A DNA stretch of 64,000 bases from Callorhinchus milii. Lineage: Eukaryota. Positions 33,961 through 47,750 of the stretch are shown here, piece after piece. The stretch covers positions 105,028,001 through 105,092,000 of the forward strand of contig NW_024704743.1 in assembly GCF_018977255.1 (NCBI RefSeq), written 5' to 3'. Under the pieces are notes generated by a model. That model saw only the letters and a program-made list of their open reading frames with translations. It made no database searches and was not told the DNA's origin. Positions within the stretch are counted from its first letter, which is position 1. Every line of letters starts with the position of its first letter. The position numbers and the translations under genes are program-made.

Positions 33961-36519
33961 ACATTTAAATAACAGTCCCGGTAAAAATATTCCACTGCTA
34001 TAAATGATCTGGGTTTTGTTGGAACGAACAGAATAGTTCCCTTAAAGAAAATGACTGGTGGGTGCAGGAGTCAGCTTTAAACATGAATACCAGACCAGAG
34101 TCAGTCTACAAAATCCGATCTGATAAAAATTCAAAATTTAGCAAGGTTGTACCCAGAAGCCATCAACCCATACTGAATTATACGCCAATGCAGTTTATGT
34201 CAAAGTCCTGCAGTTTCCAGTAAAATATAAGTGTTTATTAGTAATCCCAAATATGACAGCTGTCCATACATATCAGGGCAATTCCTATTGTTATTGTTGA
34301 CCCTTGTTTTTGGGTGGGGGCCTGTTCAGCTGGGTCACTGGAGATTTCTCTGACAACTACACTGTGTGAAAGGGCACTCTTTGCTTGAATCGCTTTAACA
34401 AACTGCACAAATCTGGGCTCTTGCAGAACTATCTCCTTTTGCCTGGACTCCATTCAGGCCTTATCTCTGTTTACCAACCACCATTTCTCTTTCTTCCACA
34501 CAACTGTGGCTTTCTTTTACAATCAGCCAACAGCTGACACCGTGCCACAGCCTCAAAGGCAAAAAGAGGGATAAAAGGCGCAAGCTGTGCTAACAATGAA
34601 ACAGAACAGGTTAATTCAAAAACCCTGTTTTTTTTAAGCCAACTCATTAGAAAGAAACATACTACTGGAAAATGTATTCTGATATCCATAAAATGAGCCA
34701 GAAGCAGTCAGTTTTATTACCAAATTCATTACTGCCAAAAAAAAACCTGAAAAAAACAAATTACATTTTTCAAAGTGTAACGAGATTATGTCAGAAGAAT
34801 AAGTTTCGAAAGTTCCCAAATCAAGTCACATACTCGCAGAATTCCACATTTTGTATTAATTAAGTGACAATATTTATTGAAATTGTGCGGGTTTCGATTG
34901 TGACTTATCGTTGGCATTAACTGTAGGTGAAATGAGATGAGAAGGTAAAAAGGGCAACGCTGAAAAGTGCATTTCATTTTACCGTCGCTACATTTTGATC
35001 AAATTTACAAAATTAGAATTTTTAAACAATGAAATCTTTGAGAGGCTATTTCCTTAAAATGATTTAATGAATTAAATTTATCCCAGGACCAGCTGTTCTG
35101 CAGCAGATGGATCCATTTTGAAGCCTTGTTGAATTCAATCCATAAAACTCATTTTGTAGGATTATGCATCCAAAGTTTCATTTACTGTTAAGGTACAACA
35201 TTGGATTTTAAACAACATGACATTACACTTTGGATGTGGTTTCTGTAATATATAAATTTTTGACCTGTCTGATAATACTCTACAAATCATTAGAATTTTC
35301 TTTCCACAGTTATGAAGCTGTCAAACCTATTTTCATTGTTATTCCACATGTATGTAAGCACAAGTGTTTATTATCCACCTAGTATGCCTATTACTATCCA
35401 AAATGTTTCATCGCCAGGTCCCATCTTTCAGAGAAAATACACTCCAAGGGCTTCGGAAGGGGGAGGTAGTGGGAATGACCTCATAATTTTTCAATTCATA
35501 CTAAATTTCAGAATGCCTTGAATTTAAACTGTGGCAATTTGAAGTCATCTGTTGCAAAAGAGAAACTGGTACGGGTTTTTTTAAAAGAGAAAATTAAATG
35601 GTGGACATTAACAGGGCCTTTTGATTTCAGACATACACATTGAAAAGCATGCAAGGTCCACGTTTAGCAACTCCATGTTACAAATACAGACCCCACCACA
35701 GTGTAACCCCAAGTGCATCACTCCAATCTACAGGATCTCTCTTCTGACCCTATCCACTTCCAGAGCAAAGTTCCTGCAAATCGACACAACGCACTTCCAG
35801 TTACAGTCAGGAGTCGCAATTCAAGTGATGAATACTGCAACCTTAACACCATGTTTTGTTTTAATAATATCCATGTTGCACGTATATAATATTTTTATAC
35901 AGGATAAACTTGTCAAATTACTTAACAAAGATGATGGGGTTCACTGAACATGGCAAGGACAATAAGGGAGTATAGGGATATAGCAGAGGGGATTAGTAGG
36001 GGTGTAGGATCATGTGGAATATAAACATTGTCAGAGACTAATTGGGCCAAATTGTCTGTTTCTGTATGTAACAGTCCATACATTAATTTAACTCTTTTGC
36101 TTTCTGGGTCCTGTTTAGACAAATGTGAGATATGTTCTAAAGCATACATCTAACATCATATAAAATGATTTGTTAGAGAAGATCTGGATTTGTACAATCT
36201 TACACTCAAATTGAAATACTGGAAAGTAGTTTTGCTCCCCCTTTGGTGGAAGCGGTTTGGGACATGATAGTTATCCTCAGTAATAATTATCACATCACAT
36301 ACCGCATTTTCCCACCCCCATAATAATAGCAGCCCATATTTGTTACATTTAACAATACAGGACATTATACCAGATACAGACTCTTCTCTCGCATACGTTT
36401 CCTGCAGTAGTTAAGTCCAAACAGTAACATTACAAAATTACATGATAAGACATTATTCACATGACTGTCTGCCAACCATTAGAACTTCAGATAGAATTCC
36501 ATTTAAGGTTTAAAACAAT

Positions 36520-36750
36520 TTTACATTATATAGCACCTTTCACATCAGTCAGATGTTTGAAAATGTTTCACAGAATCAACTGGGAGCCTGAACTTGGTGT
36601 GGGGGAGTTGAAGAAGGTGGAGGGAGGGGAAAGGTGACCAAAACTGTGATCGAAAGGAAGAGCCTTAAGGTGGACTTTCAACGTATGGAGGGAGGGGGTG
36701 AGGCAGAGAGACTCTGGGATGGAGTTTGAGAAAGTGGGGCAGAATAGCTG
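36520..36750 (-). mobile_element. L2 3' end, degenerate
   Basis: tatagcacctttcacatc tail; TLKVHLKALPFDHSF in track ORF 36568..36762. Confidence 0.7.
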
Positions 36751-37669
36751 TAGTTCCCTCATTTTATTCCTAATATGTTACATACTAGGCAATTTCTGAT
36801 CATACAGTTAGGTCCCCTTACAAGGTCAGAAGATAACAATTATTATTACCGAAAGGCACAAAACACATCTTTCACAAGAAGTACACACCACTAAATTCCA
36901 CACACACAAAAAACCTCCCCAACATTCAATATGTGATGTGATGATAAATACCATCATCACATACCACAATTTTCTGTCCTTATATATTCTCTCACTGCAG
37001 AACAATGGATTTCATTTTTAATCTTCACACCTCTGTCACTTCTGATGAAACAGAATTCCTTGGAATAGCATTGTGAAGTCCAACTAGAACAGCACTATTA
37101 GTGGGATGTTATTCCATCCCAGCATGGTGCTATTAATAATAAGTCCTGTCAGGCAATCCTGTCATAATGTTACCTATCGCTGCAAAGTTAATCACAACAT
37201 TTTCTTTTTTAAAACGGAAGTATGCTAATAGACTAAATGCCATACTTCCTTACTGGTGGAGGGAGACTCACAAGGGATTGGAAATGTTGAATGTTTTTAG
37301 ATTTTGGTCAAGTTTTTAACATTTCAGAGCACAGAATCATTTGGCAAATTCTGAAAATCAATCTTAATTTTGAAACTGATTTTTCCATAGGTTCTTTTAA
37401 GAATGACAGAAAAATAGATTCCAAATTAAGACTGAGTTTTAGCAGCTGCCGGCATTTACATGCTTCGAAATGTTAAGAAAATTGTCTTAAGTCTAGAATT
37501 TCTGGCTCAAGATGTTGCCACAAATAAAGGGCTGATTATCATCCAGTCTTCTCAGTATTTCCTCAATGGCCATAAATAAACTATTCTCCAACTTCTAGCT
37601 GGGCAACAGACACAAAGGTAAAAATACAGATCAATTAAGCATATTTCATTTTTTTTAAAAGCAAAAACT

Positions 37670-37910
37670 GTAACAAAACTAGAAGAAAAAGAAAAACAAA
37701 CTACGACAATAAACTACAACACAAAAACAACCATAATAATTACAACAACATGCAATAACCAAAACAATTACAACTACAAGAACAATAATGACAATCAATT
37801 ACAACCACAACAATAACTGCAACAAACAAAATAAGAAAAACAGCAAAACAAAACAACAAACTGCAACAAAGCGCGGCAGTAAAAACACCAACAATTTCAT
37901 CAACTCCAAA
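37670..37910. repeat. Degenerate (AAC/AAT)n low-complexity tract
   Basis: A-rich acaacaac/aataac iterations. Confidence 0.8.
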
Positions 37911-40900
37911 AAAGTTGTAAATGGAGTAAAGGTTAGTAATAATGTGATCGAAAATGTGATGATAATAAACTTGAGTTCCAATTATTGGGAACTCTGCTCT
38001 GGCAATATATCAGGTTGGAGCACAGTTTCTGTATATCAGTATGATCCACTCCCGGTTCCCTGCAGAAGTTGATACTTGCACCTGCTGTGAATTAATATCT
38101 CCCTTTGATCTCATATCCTGCAATCAGCATATTCAGGCAGAAGATTGTAAAAATCATACCTGGATTTTATAAACAGGTGGTTATACTGGATTACCAATAG
38201 CCTAATGTAAAAAAAAGAATTATTTCAGCAGTTTGACTCCTGGTGAAAGGGGCTTTATAATATAAAATATAAAAATATAACTAATTTCTCAGTTTCTAAA
38301 ACCATATGTTGTGCTATTCAAACAGATTTTTTTTATTGGTTGGAGGGAGTAGATATATCTGCCATTTCATCACGACAAAACAGGTAAGATTTTTGATTGG
38401 AAATGTTCTCAGTCGCTGACTCAATGCACAGTCTAATAGATGCACTGTAAGGGTGAGTTTTTAGACACCACAAAAACTGTAGCACTACAGTCTCAGACAA
38501 TAATAAACACCAAGGATAGTTCCCCACACAAAGTTCAGGACAAATCTGTAAGTGAATAGAGATCGATTGGGCTATCCCAATCGATTGAATTTTGCTCTGT
38601 AATACACAGCATTGTTCACTGTACAATAACTAACAACCGCTCCACAGAAAAAAATACGTAGCCATCATCTGAATAATTATTTAATCTCAAGCTTTAGGGC
38701 TACTCTTTTCTCATTATTCCATTTTGCTGGTTATACATAAACATATATGCTTAAGCGGAATCTGTATTGAGGCTCTGGAACACTAATGGAAATTTGTGCT
38801 CAGTTCACAGAGTCCGAGATAAAGTTACTGCTGACATTTATTTTATGGAAATAAAGAAAAAAGTGGAATAATATTGTCATCTGCATAGGAAATTACATGA
38901 ATAACCCCACACAAAAACACCTCAAGAGGTATATCAATGTAGTATTCAGCCCTTAAGGGAATGCAACCCCTCTGACTGAGAGCAGCATGGTTACAGTGGG
39001 TTAGCTATTCAACCTTTACAGAATGTCATCTATAAAAGACTAAGGGTGCATCCAGATGATGAATACATACATTTCCTTTGATGGAAATCATAAAATAAGG
39101 GTCACTATGCATCACATGCTTTTAACTTGTTTCCTTCTCCAACCAAGTCAGACAGAAGTTGTGCTTCTCAACGCCGTGGTGAAATTCTGAATTTAAACAT
39201 TGCTATCCCCTTCAATGCAAACTGCACAGTCTAACTAGAATTTCAGTGTTAAAACAGATCGTGCGAGAAAGATTGAAAAGATTTCTTCAAACATTATAGT
39301 TGATGAGGTTTTAAAAGGGTACATACTGCAATAAGCATAATGCTGTAAGCACAAAAATATACATAGTAGTTTGACACTCAGTGAAAATCATAGCATATTA
39401 CGGAGCTCAGCAGATGGATCCCCGGCATACGTTAACTGAGCAAACTTCCTGTATAATGATGATAATTATCTATGCCCCACTCACCAGAAAACAATCAGAC
39501 AACTGAATTACTGCTAACAACAGGCTGGCTTTTCTCAGAACATAATTCCCCCTCCCCTTTTTTTGACCTTGGGCGACTGTATTCACATTATTGTATGGGG
39601 ATAAGCTAGAGAAAGCTATTCAGAAATGTATAAACTAGGTCATGCATTGATATTGTACTTGGGCAAAGAACAGTCTATGCTACAAATTCTCTCTTCTCCA
39701 ACATGAGAATGAAGTTTGTCAGATGCTTTGCACACCATACGTACGTTTGACTGTGAAGGATCCGTCGAGCGGAAACTCTCGAAATCCTGTCCTTGAGTGC
39801 AATACAACTATTTAAAAAGTTTTTGTTAAAGGTTTTGAAATGAACACAGTGCCCTTTCCTAGCACAGGGTGAAAGTAACCAAACGGCAATACAATAGCAG
39901 GCAAAATCCATACAGGATCAGGCACAATTTCACTTCACAAAGATTTAATTCCATGTACATCCTGGAATATGTTACACAAAAAANTATTTTACTGTAATGA
40001 AATAGCTTCCCATACAATATCATTAAGAGCAATTCATTTCAACCAAATAAATACTTCAGGATTTATACAATCGAACACTCGACCGTGCAATCACATATAT
40101 TTTACCAAATCTTATAGAATATCTGTTATCTCCTAAGCAGCAATGCATGCATATTAATATTTTTCACAAGCCAAACAAGCACAAGAAGAAAGTTTAATCT
40201 AAACCTAGCACATGCTTCACACCTCTTACTTTTTCATCTGCCTCGCGCTGGAGCTGTGACAGTCCCCAAGATGCGATATCCAGTGCCTTTGACTGCATAG
40301 AGATAAGCACCTGCATTTGTGTGTGTTTCTACGTCATACATCCCTATTCATAGCCCTCAATATTCTACATTTGCACATCAACAGCCTCACACACAGATTT
40401 CGGCTCTGGGCCCAAAACTTTCACTTTAATTTTCATCACATGATTGCTGCAGCATATGTCCTTCCAAGCTTCCCATATATCAGTCATCATGCAAATGAGA
40501 TAGAATATTACTCCTCTGCAGCAGATGGCCAGGGAAGATAACAATGGCTGAAGAGGGGAGATTCAATGTCCCTGACTTTATTGCCACGGCAACAACAATC
40601 TAAAATATATATAATGGAAGCTGTGTTGATTAATTTTGTAGGCTCCAGTATTCTGATTTTGTGAGTGAATGGGCTCAGTTAAAAAGATGCTGCCAGCTAA
40701 TGTCCCTAAAAGACTATCTATAAAAGCCAGGGACTAGGATATTATTTCCAGTGACTAACAAGGCAACAGCCTAGCAATTATTTGAGAAATTAGGAGTAAT
40801 TCCTCCCTGTAGGCCCTATATCCCTTCTGTGCTCTGAGTCCAGAAGCACATGTATTTGACAGACCTAGATTAGACATTGAAATGAAAAGTGCCTAAAGAT

Positions 40901-41449
40901 ATTGCTGCAGAACTTACACACACTATACCCTTGTGATATGGCATCAGGAATCCAACATGCTGTGTAAACACAAGCCCCCAGCCAAAAGTAAATAATGGCA
41001 GCACTCCACATACATGGGTCAATTAGAATGACAAAGCCTGCCACACTTCTGGGTGGAGCGAAGCTTCTGAAGCACAAGGCAGTGAGTGAGTGGCACACTT
41101 AATGGCCTTTCTGGAGCAGCAAGTATTTCCATTACCAGCTGTCACTGTGGGACACCAGTACAAGCTTGTCTCTGGGTTACAAGCTTCCTCTGTGGAGATT
41201 AATGTGTGCACTAAGTCCACAACAAGTTTTTTAACCTTTTCGGGGCTCAAATATCATTACGAAACATGTTCTGCTCAGTAACTTTAATGAATGAACTTGG
41301 TGAAGGCGGGCCTGCCTTGCTAGCCGACTGCAGTGGCATTAAGGGAGAAGTGCGTGAGCCAAAACAGGCTGTTTACTTGGACAGAAGGGCAGTGCGACTG
41401 CAGTAAAATAGCAAAATGGTGGACAGAACGGGGCTGAAATCACACAGCA

Positions 41450-41660
41450 ACAAAAACAAAAGATCAGTGGGGCTGAAATCCAAAACACACTGGAAATGCA
41501 GTGCAGGACAATCATGCATCGAAAGAGAAAGAATTATTAAAGTTTCGCCTGTGACACTTCAACAGAACTCAAAAGGTTAACTTATTTTTCTCTTTCAGAC
41601 TTGTTGTGCATTTTCTGGTGTTTGTTTTCATTTCCGATTCCTAGCGTTTGCAATTTTTTT
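41450..41660. mobile_element. Degenerate palindromic Penelope-derived element
   Basis: aaaacacactggaaatgca...gaaagagaaagaatt..aagtttc followed by inverted gttaactt..ttctctttcag...gcattttctggtgtttgttttcatttccgatt. Confidence 0.45.
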
Positions 41661-42714
41661 CCCCTTTTCCATCAGTGGAGATGCAATATTGCCTTTTCAC
41701 ATACACCCCGCGCGTTTTTGTTCCAACTTGGTTCAAAAAGCAGCGACAATTTGGGAAATTAGTCAGAAATGTTTAAAGTTGGACGCTGTTTCATCTGCAA
41801 AAATCCCATATGTTTTAAAAAAAAGTGACTTTACTCTGCATGTCCTTTCCAACATTGGAATTAGTAAACAAGACCGAGTGATTCCTGGCACGGCTACGTT
41901 TTATTTACAGGAAGAAGAAAACTGAATGTGCAAAAGAGAGAAGAGACGCAAATTTTTTTGTGCTGAAGTCCCACAAATATAATATTAAAAGATATGATGA
42001 TAGATGGAGTAGGGGAATGAGAATAGAGCAGACAGCTCCAGTGGGGATGCTAGCACAAGCGCAGAACGGCCTCTTTCTATGCAATTGGTAAATCAGTTTT
42101 TGGGGATAATGGACAGTGGGGCAGCATGTTAACCCCTCAAGAGCCACTTGCCTGCTTTAGTGCCCACTTCCCCCTCCCCCAACGGGATTCACTTGTGCCC
42201 ACCGGGCTGATCCACAAAGACACTGGAGATTGCACACAACTCATAACTAAAAGATTTCAAACCGACTGTGATTCATTTTTATTTAGTAGCCACTACAAAT
42301 GAACAACAAGCAGGTGAGATGCACATCTTTCTAAATGCCGGTATGATTCATTTTAATTGAGCAGAGCTGCGTACACAGAATACTAAGCAGAACTCTCCAT
42401 TAACATCAGAGCAAAACTAGAGACTTTATTCATTTTTGATTTAGCCTGCTGATATGATTTAGGGCTTAATTTTCGCCACATTGTGGCAAACACTAAAACA
42501 TGTACAAAATCAAGTGCCAATGTTCCTGATTTGCATCAAAGTGCAATGTGACTATTTTTCTCCAAGCACTAGAGAGCAAAATATTATTATTCAAATTTAT
42601 ACATAAATGTCCTGAGTTTCACAGAAGTATTCATCCTTATAGGCCATACATTTCCCATTGGAGCATTGTGGAAAGACTCCCTCCATATCCTTCACATTTA
42701 TTAATCGATCGCCC

Positions 42715-42841
42715 ACAAAATACACACTTTACAGAATAGTCACTACACTTTACAGTATAAAGTATCCTGTGAAGCGCTTTGGGATGGCCTCCTGACGTGA
42801 AAGGTGTTGTACCAAATGTAAGGATTATTATTATTATTATT
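42715..42841 (+). mobile_element. SINE 3' tail
   Basis: cctgtgaagcgctttgggatggcctcctgacgtgaaagg...aagg(att)n. Confidence 0.8.
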
Positions 42842-43744
42842 AAGGCAACATTCCTCCCATGTCATTCAGGGGGATATTGTTATTTCTTTGTCAGCTGGGT
42901 TACTGACAAATACGTAAACCCATCGCCATACCATCTACACTAGGAAATGTATCTGTGTCTGGAATGGAATGCACACTCCCTCCTTGGAGGGGACATACCC
43001 TGAGAGAATTAGGCGCAGGTTGGTGAGAGTCAAGTCTTTGGGGAAACTGTGCTGTGTAATGTGATAATTATCATTGGTTATGATGTATTTTTAAACCATT
43101 TGTCTTAGAAGGGTCTTTACTTATTTACTGAACTTATGGTAATATTAGTAGGCTTCTAGTTAAAAATATATGATTTGAAAATATAGTAATAATCATTAGA
43201 AATAATGCATTTTGACATGACTAGCACTCAGAAATAAAGCCAGGCTCATGATTGTGTGATCCATTTGCAAAATGGACTTAGGAGCAGGTTTGCAGCTACT
43301 GGTTTGGAGGATGTGCCCTTTTGGCTTGAATTATCTCTCTGCCCCAAGGTTATTTGTTCACCTCTTTCAACAAGCTAAATGATGGGTGAAGGGGGATATG
43401 TGGATCGGGGAGAGAAGCAAGGGATTCGAATGCAGCATTTTCTACAAGCTCACACTCTGACAGTCAAACAGCCTTATTGCTCAGATCACAAACAGCAGAG
43501 CTTTCAGCCTTTGTATACCACGTACATGTAGCACATCCAAAATGTGGTTCAGGAAGCCGAGGTTATGTCGAAAGCCCTTGAAGTCTTGTCAATATAATTG
43601 CTGAAAGAGCTGGAATTCCAAAAGGCTGGTGACTCCATAGGCACATTTACGGAATATATTTGCCCCACGTATAAGATGACCTCCCCTCAGTTATAACATG
43701 GTATTCTGAGTACAAAAAATAGACCCTGATTACAATAATAATTC

Positions 43745-44095
43745 TTAAATTACATTTGGTATAGCACCTTTCACACGAGGAGGACATCTCAAATTACTTC
43801 ATAGGATATACTGTAAATTGTAATGACTGTATTTGTGAGTGAACACGACAGCCAACTGTGCCCAGCAATATCCCAAATACAGACATGAAGTGAACGACCA
43901 ATTTTAGTTGCAGGATTGTTGGTCAGGAAAAGGGGAGAGACTCCCTTCTCCGTTCAACTAGTTTAATTTTTAATGTCCATCTGAACAGGAAGATGGGATC
44001 TCAGTTTAACGTCTCATCCGAAGGACACTTCCGACAATGCGGAGCACCCCCAGCATTGCATTGGAGCATCAGTCTAGATTGTGTGTGTTCAAGCT
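43745..44095 (-). mobile_element. Old long DeuSINE
   Basis: cagtttaacgtctcatccgaagg, cagcattgcattggagcatcagtctagatt, Deu core and tail. Confidence 0.8.
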
Positions 44096-44594
44096 TGTCA
44101 CCATTGACCACCCATTCTAGCAGCAAAAAAACTGGGAGCAGGTCAGTGTGAAAGCTGAGCAACAGGAGGGGGAAGAAAATACAAAAGATAACTAATGGAA
44201 GTGAATAAAGATAAACAGAAAATAGGCGATTTATCATTTAAACTTCAGCAGGTCTCTCTGTTGTAATAAGATACAGAGCTTCAGGGTGGACCAGTGCCAC
44301 AACACATTGGCTTACTGCTGGCTGCACAGCTGAATGGTAGGATGTGGGTTCACGCCTGTGATTTCCCACATGGTGAGTTCCTGATCTCAGCTGAGTTGTC
44401 AGAATGTATGAGTGCGGGCCAAGGATTTCTCCACATGGATGGAGGAAGGGAAAATATACAGTGACTAACAAAACAAGAGGGAGTTTTACACGAGTGAACA
44501 GTTTGTAAACAAAACCCTTGAAGGGCAGTTGCCGAAAAAAAAACTTTACATTATTTTGAAAAAACTTAAACCACGGATTGCATGGGATTTGGAG

Positions 44595-44900
44595 CCATTG
44601 TAGTGCTGGAGGAGCACTGCAATGTCAGAGGTGACATTCTTCAGATCAGATGTGAAGCATTTAAGAGCCCATGAGACCTTTCAGAAAGAGAAGAATTTCT
44701 CCCAGGGTCCTGCCCAGGATTTCTTCTGATAAACAAAATTGGTTGTTCATTTTAGAGCGGTTTATGGAACCTTGCTGTGAACAAACTGGCTGCTGCATTT
44801 ACTCAGAAATATACGGTCACTGTACTTGATAACAATTACCTATGAAGCGCTTTGAGACATTTCAATGCTATAGGCACTACAGCAAATGCTAGGATTATTA
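44595..44900 (+). mobile_element. Old long DeuSINE, 5'-truncated
   Basis: gcactgcaatgtcagaggtg...gaaccttgctgtgaacaaactggctgctgcattt...tgaagcgctttgagac. Confidence 0.7.
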
Positions 44901-45107
44901 CAATTAAGTACTAAAGGATGAGCATGGCACTCAGCTAGGGAACTGAGGGCAGGCAGATATTTCTGTGCAGAACAGAAGTAATATCTCCAATGGTATGGAC
45001 ACATTGAAAGGCTGACTGCTTGACAGCCTGTCACATTAGAACATCTTGCAAACATATCTTCAAATAAAACCGAGTGAATTTCTTTGGGTATTATATAATA
45101 GTATCCG

Positions 45108-45500
45108 CCTGGGTCAGTTTACAACACTCTTGCTTTTGAGTTAAAAGGTTGTAGATTAATCTCCACTTTAGAACTTCAAATCTAAGATGACACTCCAATG
45201 TTGGGACGGCATTGCATTGTCAAAGGTGCCATCCTTTAGATGAGACATTGAACCAAGACCCATCTGCATGTTCAGGTGGATATTAAAGATTCCATGGCAA
45301 ACTCAAAAAAAAGAAGTTTCTCCTGGTGCCCTGTCCAGTAGTCTCCCCAAATAAAAAAAAATCGTCATTCACTTCATGGCTGTTCGTGTCACATTGTGTG
45401 TAAATTGCTCCATTTTGATTAGAAAATATACACTGCATGTTACAGTATATCTTATGAAGCACTTTGAGATGTCCTCCAGAAGTGAAGATTGTTATTATTT
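45108..45500 (+). mobile_element. Old long DeuSINE
   Basis: cactcttgcttttgagtt..aaggttgt head; gatgagacattgaaccaag...aaagattccatggca body. Confidence 0.75.
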
Positions 45501-45749
45501 CTTTATTACAAGTCACATTACCACTTCTCTGAGCAGCACTTCTGCAATACCCAAAATTGGTTAGTATTGGTAGTTCAGTCTTAATCGACACTTCAACAGA
45601 AAACTAACACTTTCCAATAGTTTGTCTTACTTATACAGTACAATATCCATTTAAATAGTGCGCACTTGTTCTGGTGTCTCAGTCCATCTGAAAGTGTTGT
45701 TCTGGGTATATGTTCTCAATCCCAATTTTAATTTCTCAATCTCAATCAA

Positions 45750-46029
45750 TTAATTCATTAATAATAATTAATATTATTATTAATATTATGATTAATAATT
45801 AATATTATTAATAATAATCCCTCCAAAAAAACAAAAACAATAATAAATTGGTCATTTTCATTCCATGGCTATTCGTGGGACACTGGTGTGCGTGATTGGC
45901 TGCCGCGTTTCGCCCTCAAATATGCGGTCAATTCACTTTACAGTCTATTCTGTGAAGTGCTTTGAGACGTCGATAAGACATGAAAAGCACTATATCAAAT
46001 GCAAGGATTATTATTATTATTATTATTAT
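45750..46029 (+). mobile_element. Young SINE lacking the tRNA head, preceded by an AT-rich (taa/tat) tract
   Basis: aataatccctccaaaa...aattggtcattttca...attggctgccgcgtttcgcc...caaatgcaagg(att)n. Confidence 0.85.
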
Positions 46030-47577
46030 CCGATTTAGTATCTGAATACCTCTATAAGGTACCGAGTGAGACGTTTCCCTTTAATACTGAAGAGGCTTAG
46101 CTTGTCTAATCATTGCTCATAGACACCACGGCTTCTCTTTGTTCTAGGTGCCAGATGAGTATATCACACCAACATTTCTCTGCTGCTTGAATATCTTCAT
46201 AATGGATAGCGCTAGGAAAATATTGATTGTTTTAACGAAGGATATCTGAACTCCCAGTGATAAGTAGAAAAAACTTATATTTGAAATCAAACTAATATTT
46301 GGAACTTCAACACTAGCCACTGTAGCAATCATTGACTTCTTAAAAACAGAGTTGATGAGAAGCCTACAGTAGTAGCCTGGGAAAATTGGATGGAACAAAT
46401 AATCTCCCATTAGGTCTGAATTGCAGTGTTGGACCTGTTCTACCGCTATAGAAATAGGTCAGGTTACAGTGTAGTTTCATTTCTAAATGCATGCACGTCC
46501 GATTAAATTGCTGAAGTCCGGGAGTAATTCATTAATTTTACCCATTATCATTGGAAGCATAATTTAGCAATCCGACTCCAAATAAGACTGACTTAATAAG
46601 GTGGTCTCTTGCGCAACTTGACCATAATAATTGATGGGCAATAATGCGATGCACTAGATATAAAATAGGTGTGCTTCAAAACAGGTTCTGGGATATGACA
46701 CATGATGCAGTGTAGCAAGCTATCACATTTCTGGATAGTTAAAGTATCATTAACATTCATATAATAAAGTAAGTGACAAAAAAACTGGACATTTCCACCA
46801 TTCATTGGATTATGTCGGTATGGGATACTGTAATATTACTGCTGATTACATCTTTAAAAAATGAGAGAAAAGCGAGGAGAAGCAGTGAAAACACACACGC
46901 AAATCAATAAATAGGAAATAGAATAGGAAACCAGAGAAAGAAAGTAAAAGAAAATTCCTGGAAAAGCTTCAAAAATAGGATTTTGTTTTCAAAGCAAATT
47001 TATTTTTCTATACCAATCTAAAGATTGAATCTTTTTTTATTTCCAGGCTTCCTGATTTAATATTTTAAGTTGTCGCCCAAAAGGTAGAAAAGCTTAAACA
47101 TTTGGAGAATTATAAAAATTACAATCTTCCCGTGACATAAACCTCCTAGCTTACAGCAGAGCTGGAGATTTGAAAATGTATATGCTGGTACAATAGATGT
47201 TCAGGCAAGATGTTTTGATTAGAAAACCTTATGTACCCCAAAAAGTGCACAAAGAGAAAAAGAAAGCTCCAAGATGTTATGCTGTATGAAGGGTGCTATA
47301 CAAATACAAGTTATTATTGTGAAGTCTCCACTGTGTAACTCACATCTTTTTTGTACCTATGAATTTAGGGAACAGGTGTAATGTGTGTAAACCCAGGATT
47401 GTCTCAGTTGCACCTATCACTCAATCTATTTAAAAAGAGACTCCTGCAATTTCTTCATGTGGCATCTTTTATGCCTCTTATATTTGCTCAATGACTTGAT
47501 TTGATTTGATGCTTACCATGCAGCCAAATTATATATTTTATCTCGCTCATAACCTACTAGTCAAACCTTTTCTTATC

Positions 47578-47750
47578 ACAATAATGATCCTTGCATTTGA
47601 TATAGCGCCTTATCATGCCTTCTGGACATCTCAAAGCGCTTCAAAGAATATACTGTAAAGTGGATTGACTCTGTATTGTGTGGGAGAAACGCAGCAGCCA
47701 GTTTTGTGCAAGACAATGTCGTAAAAACAGCTATGGAGTGAGTGACCAAT
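47578..47750 (-). mobile_element. SINE 3' half
   Basis: ccttgcatttgatatagcgcc...aaagcgcttca...aaacgcagcagcca. Confidence 0.8.

Noticed and set aside
37788-38072. N/K-rich ORF and its antisense L/F-rich ORF
   Set aside because: Translation of a degenerate AAC low-complexity tract.
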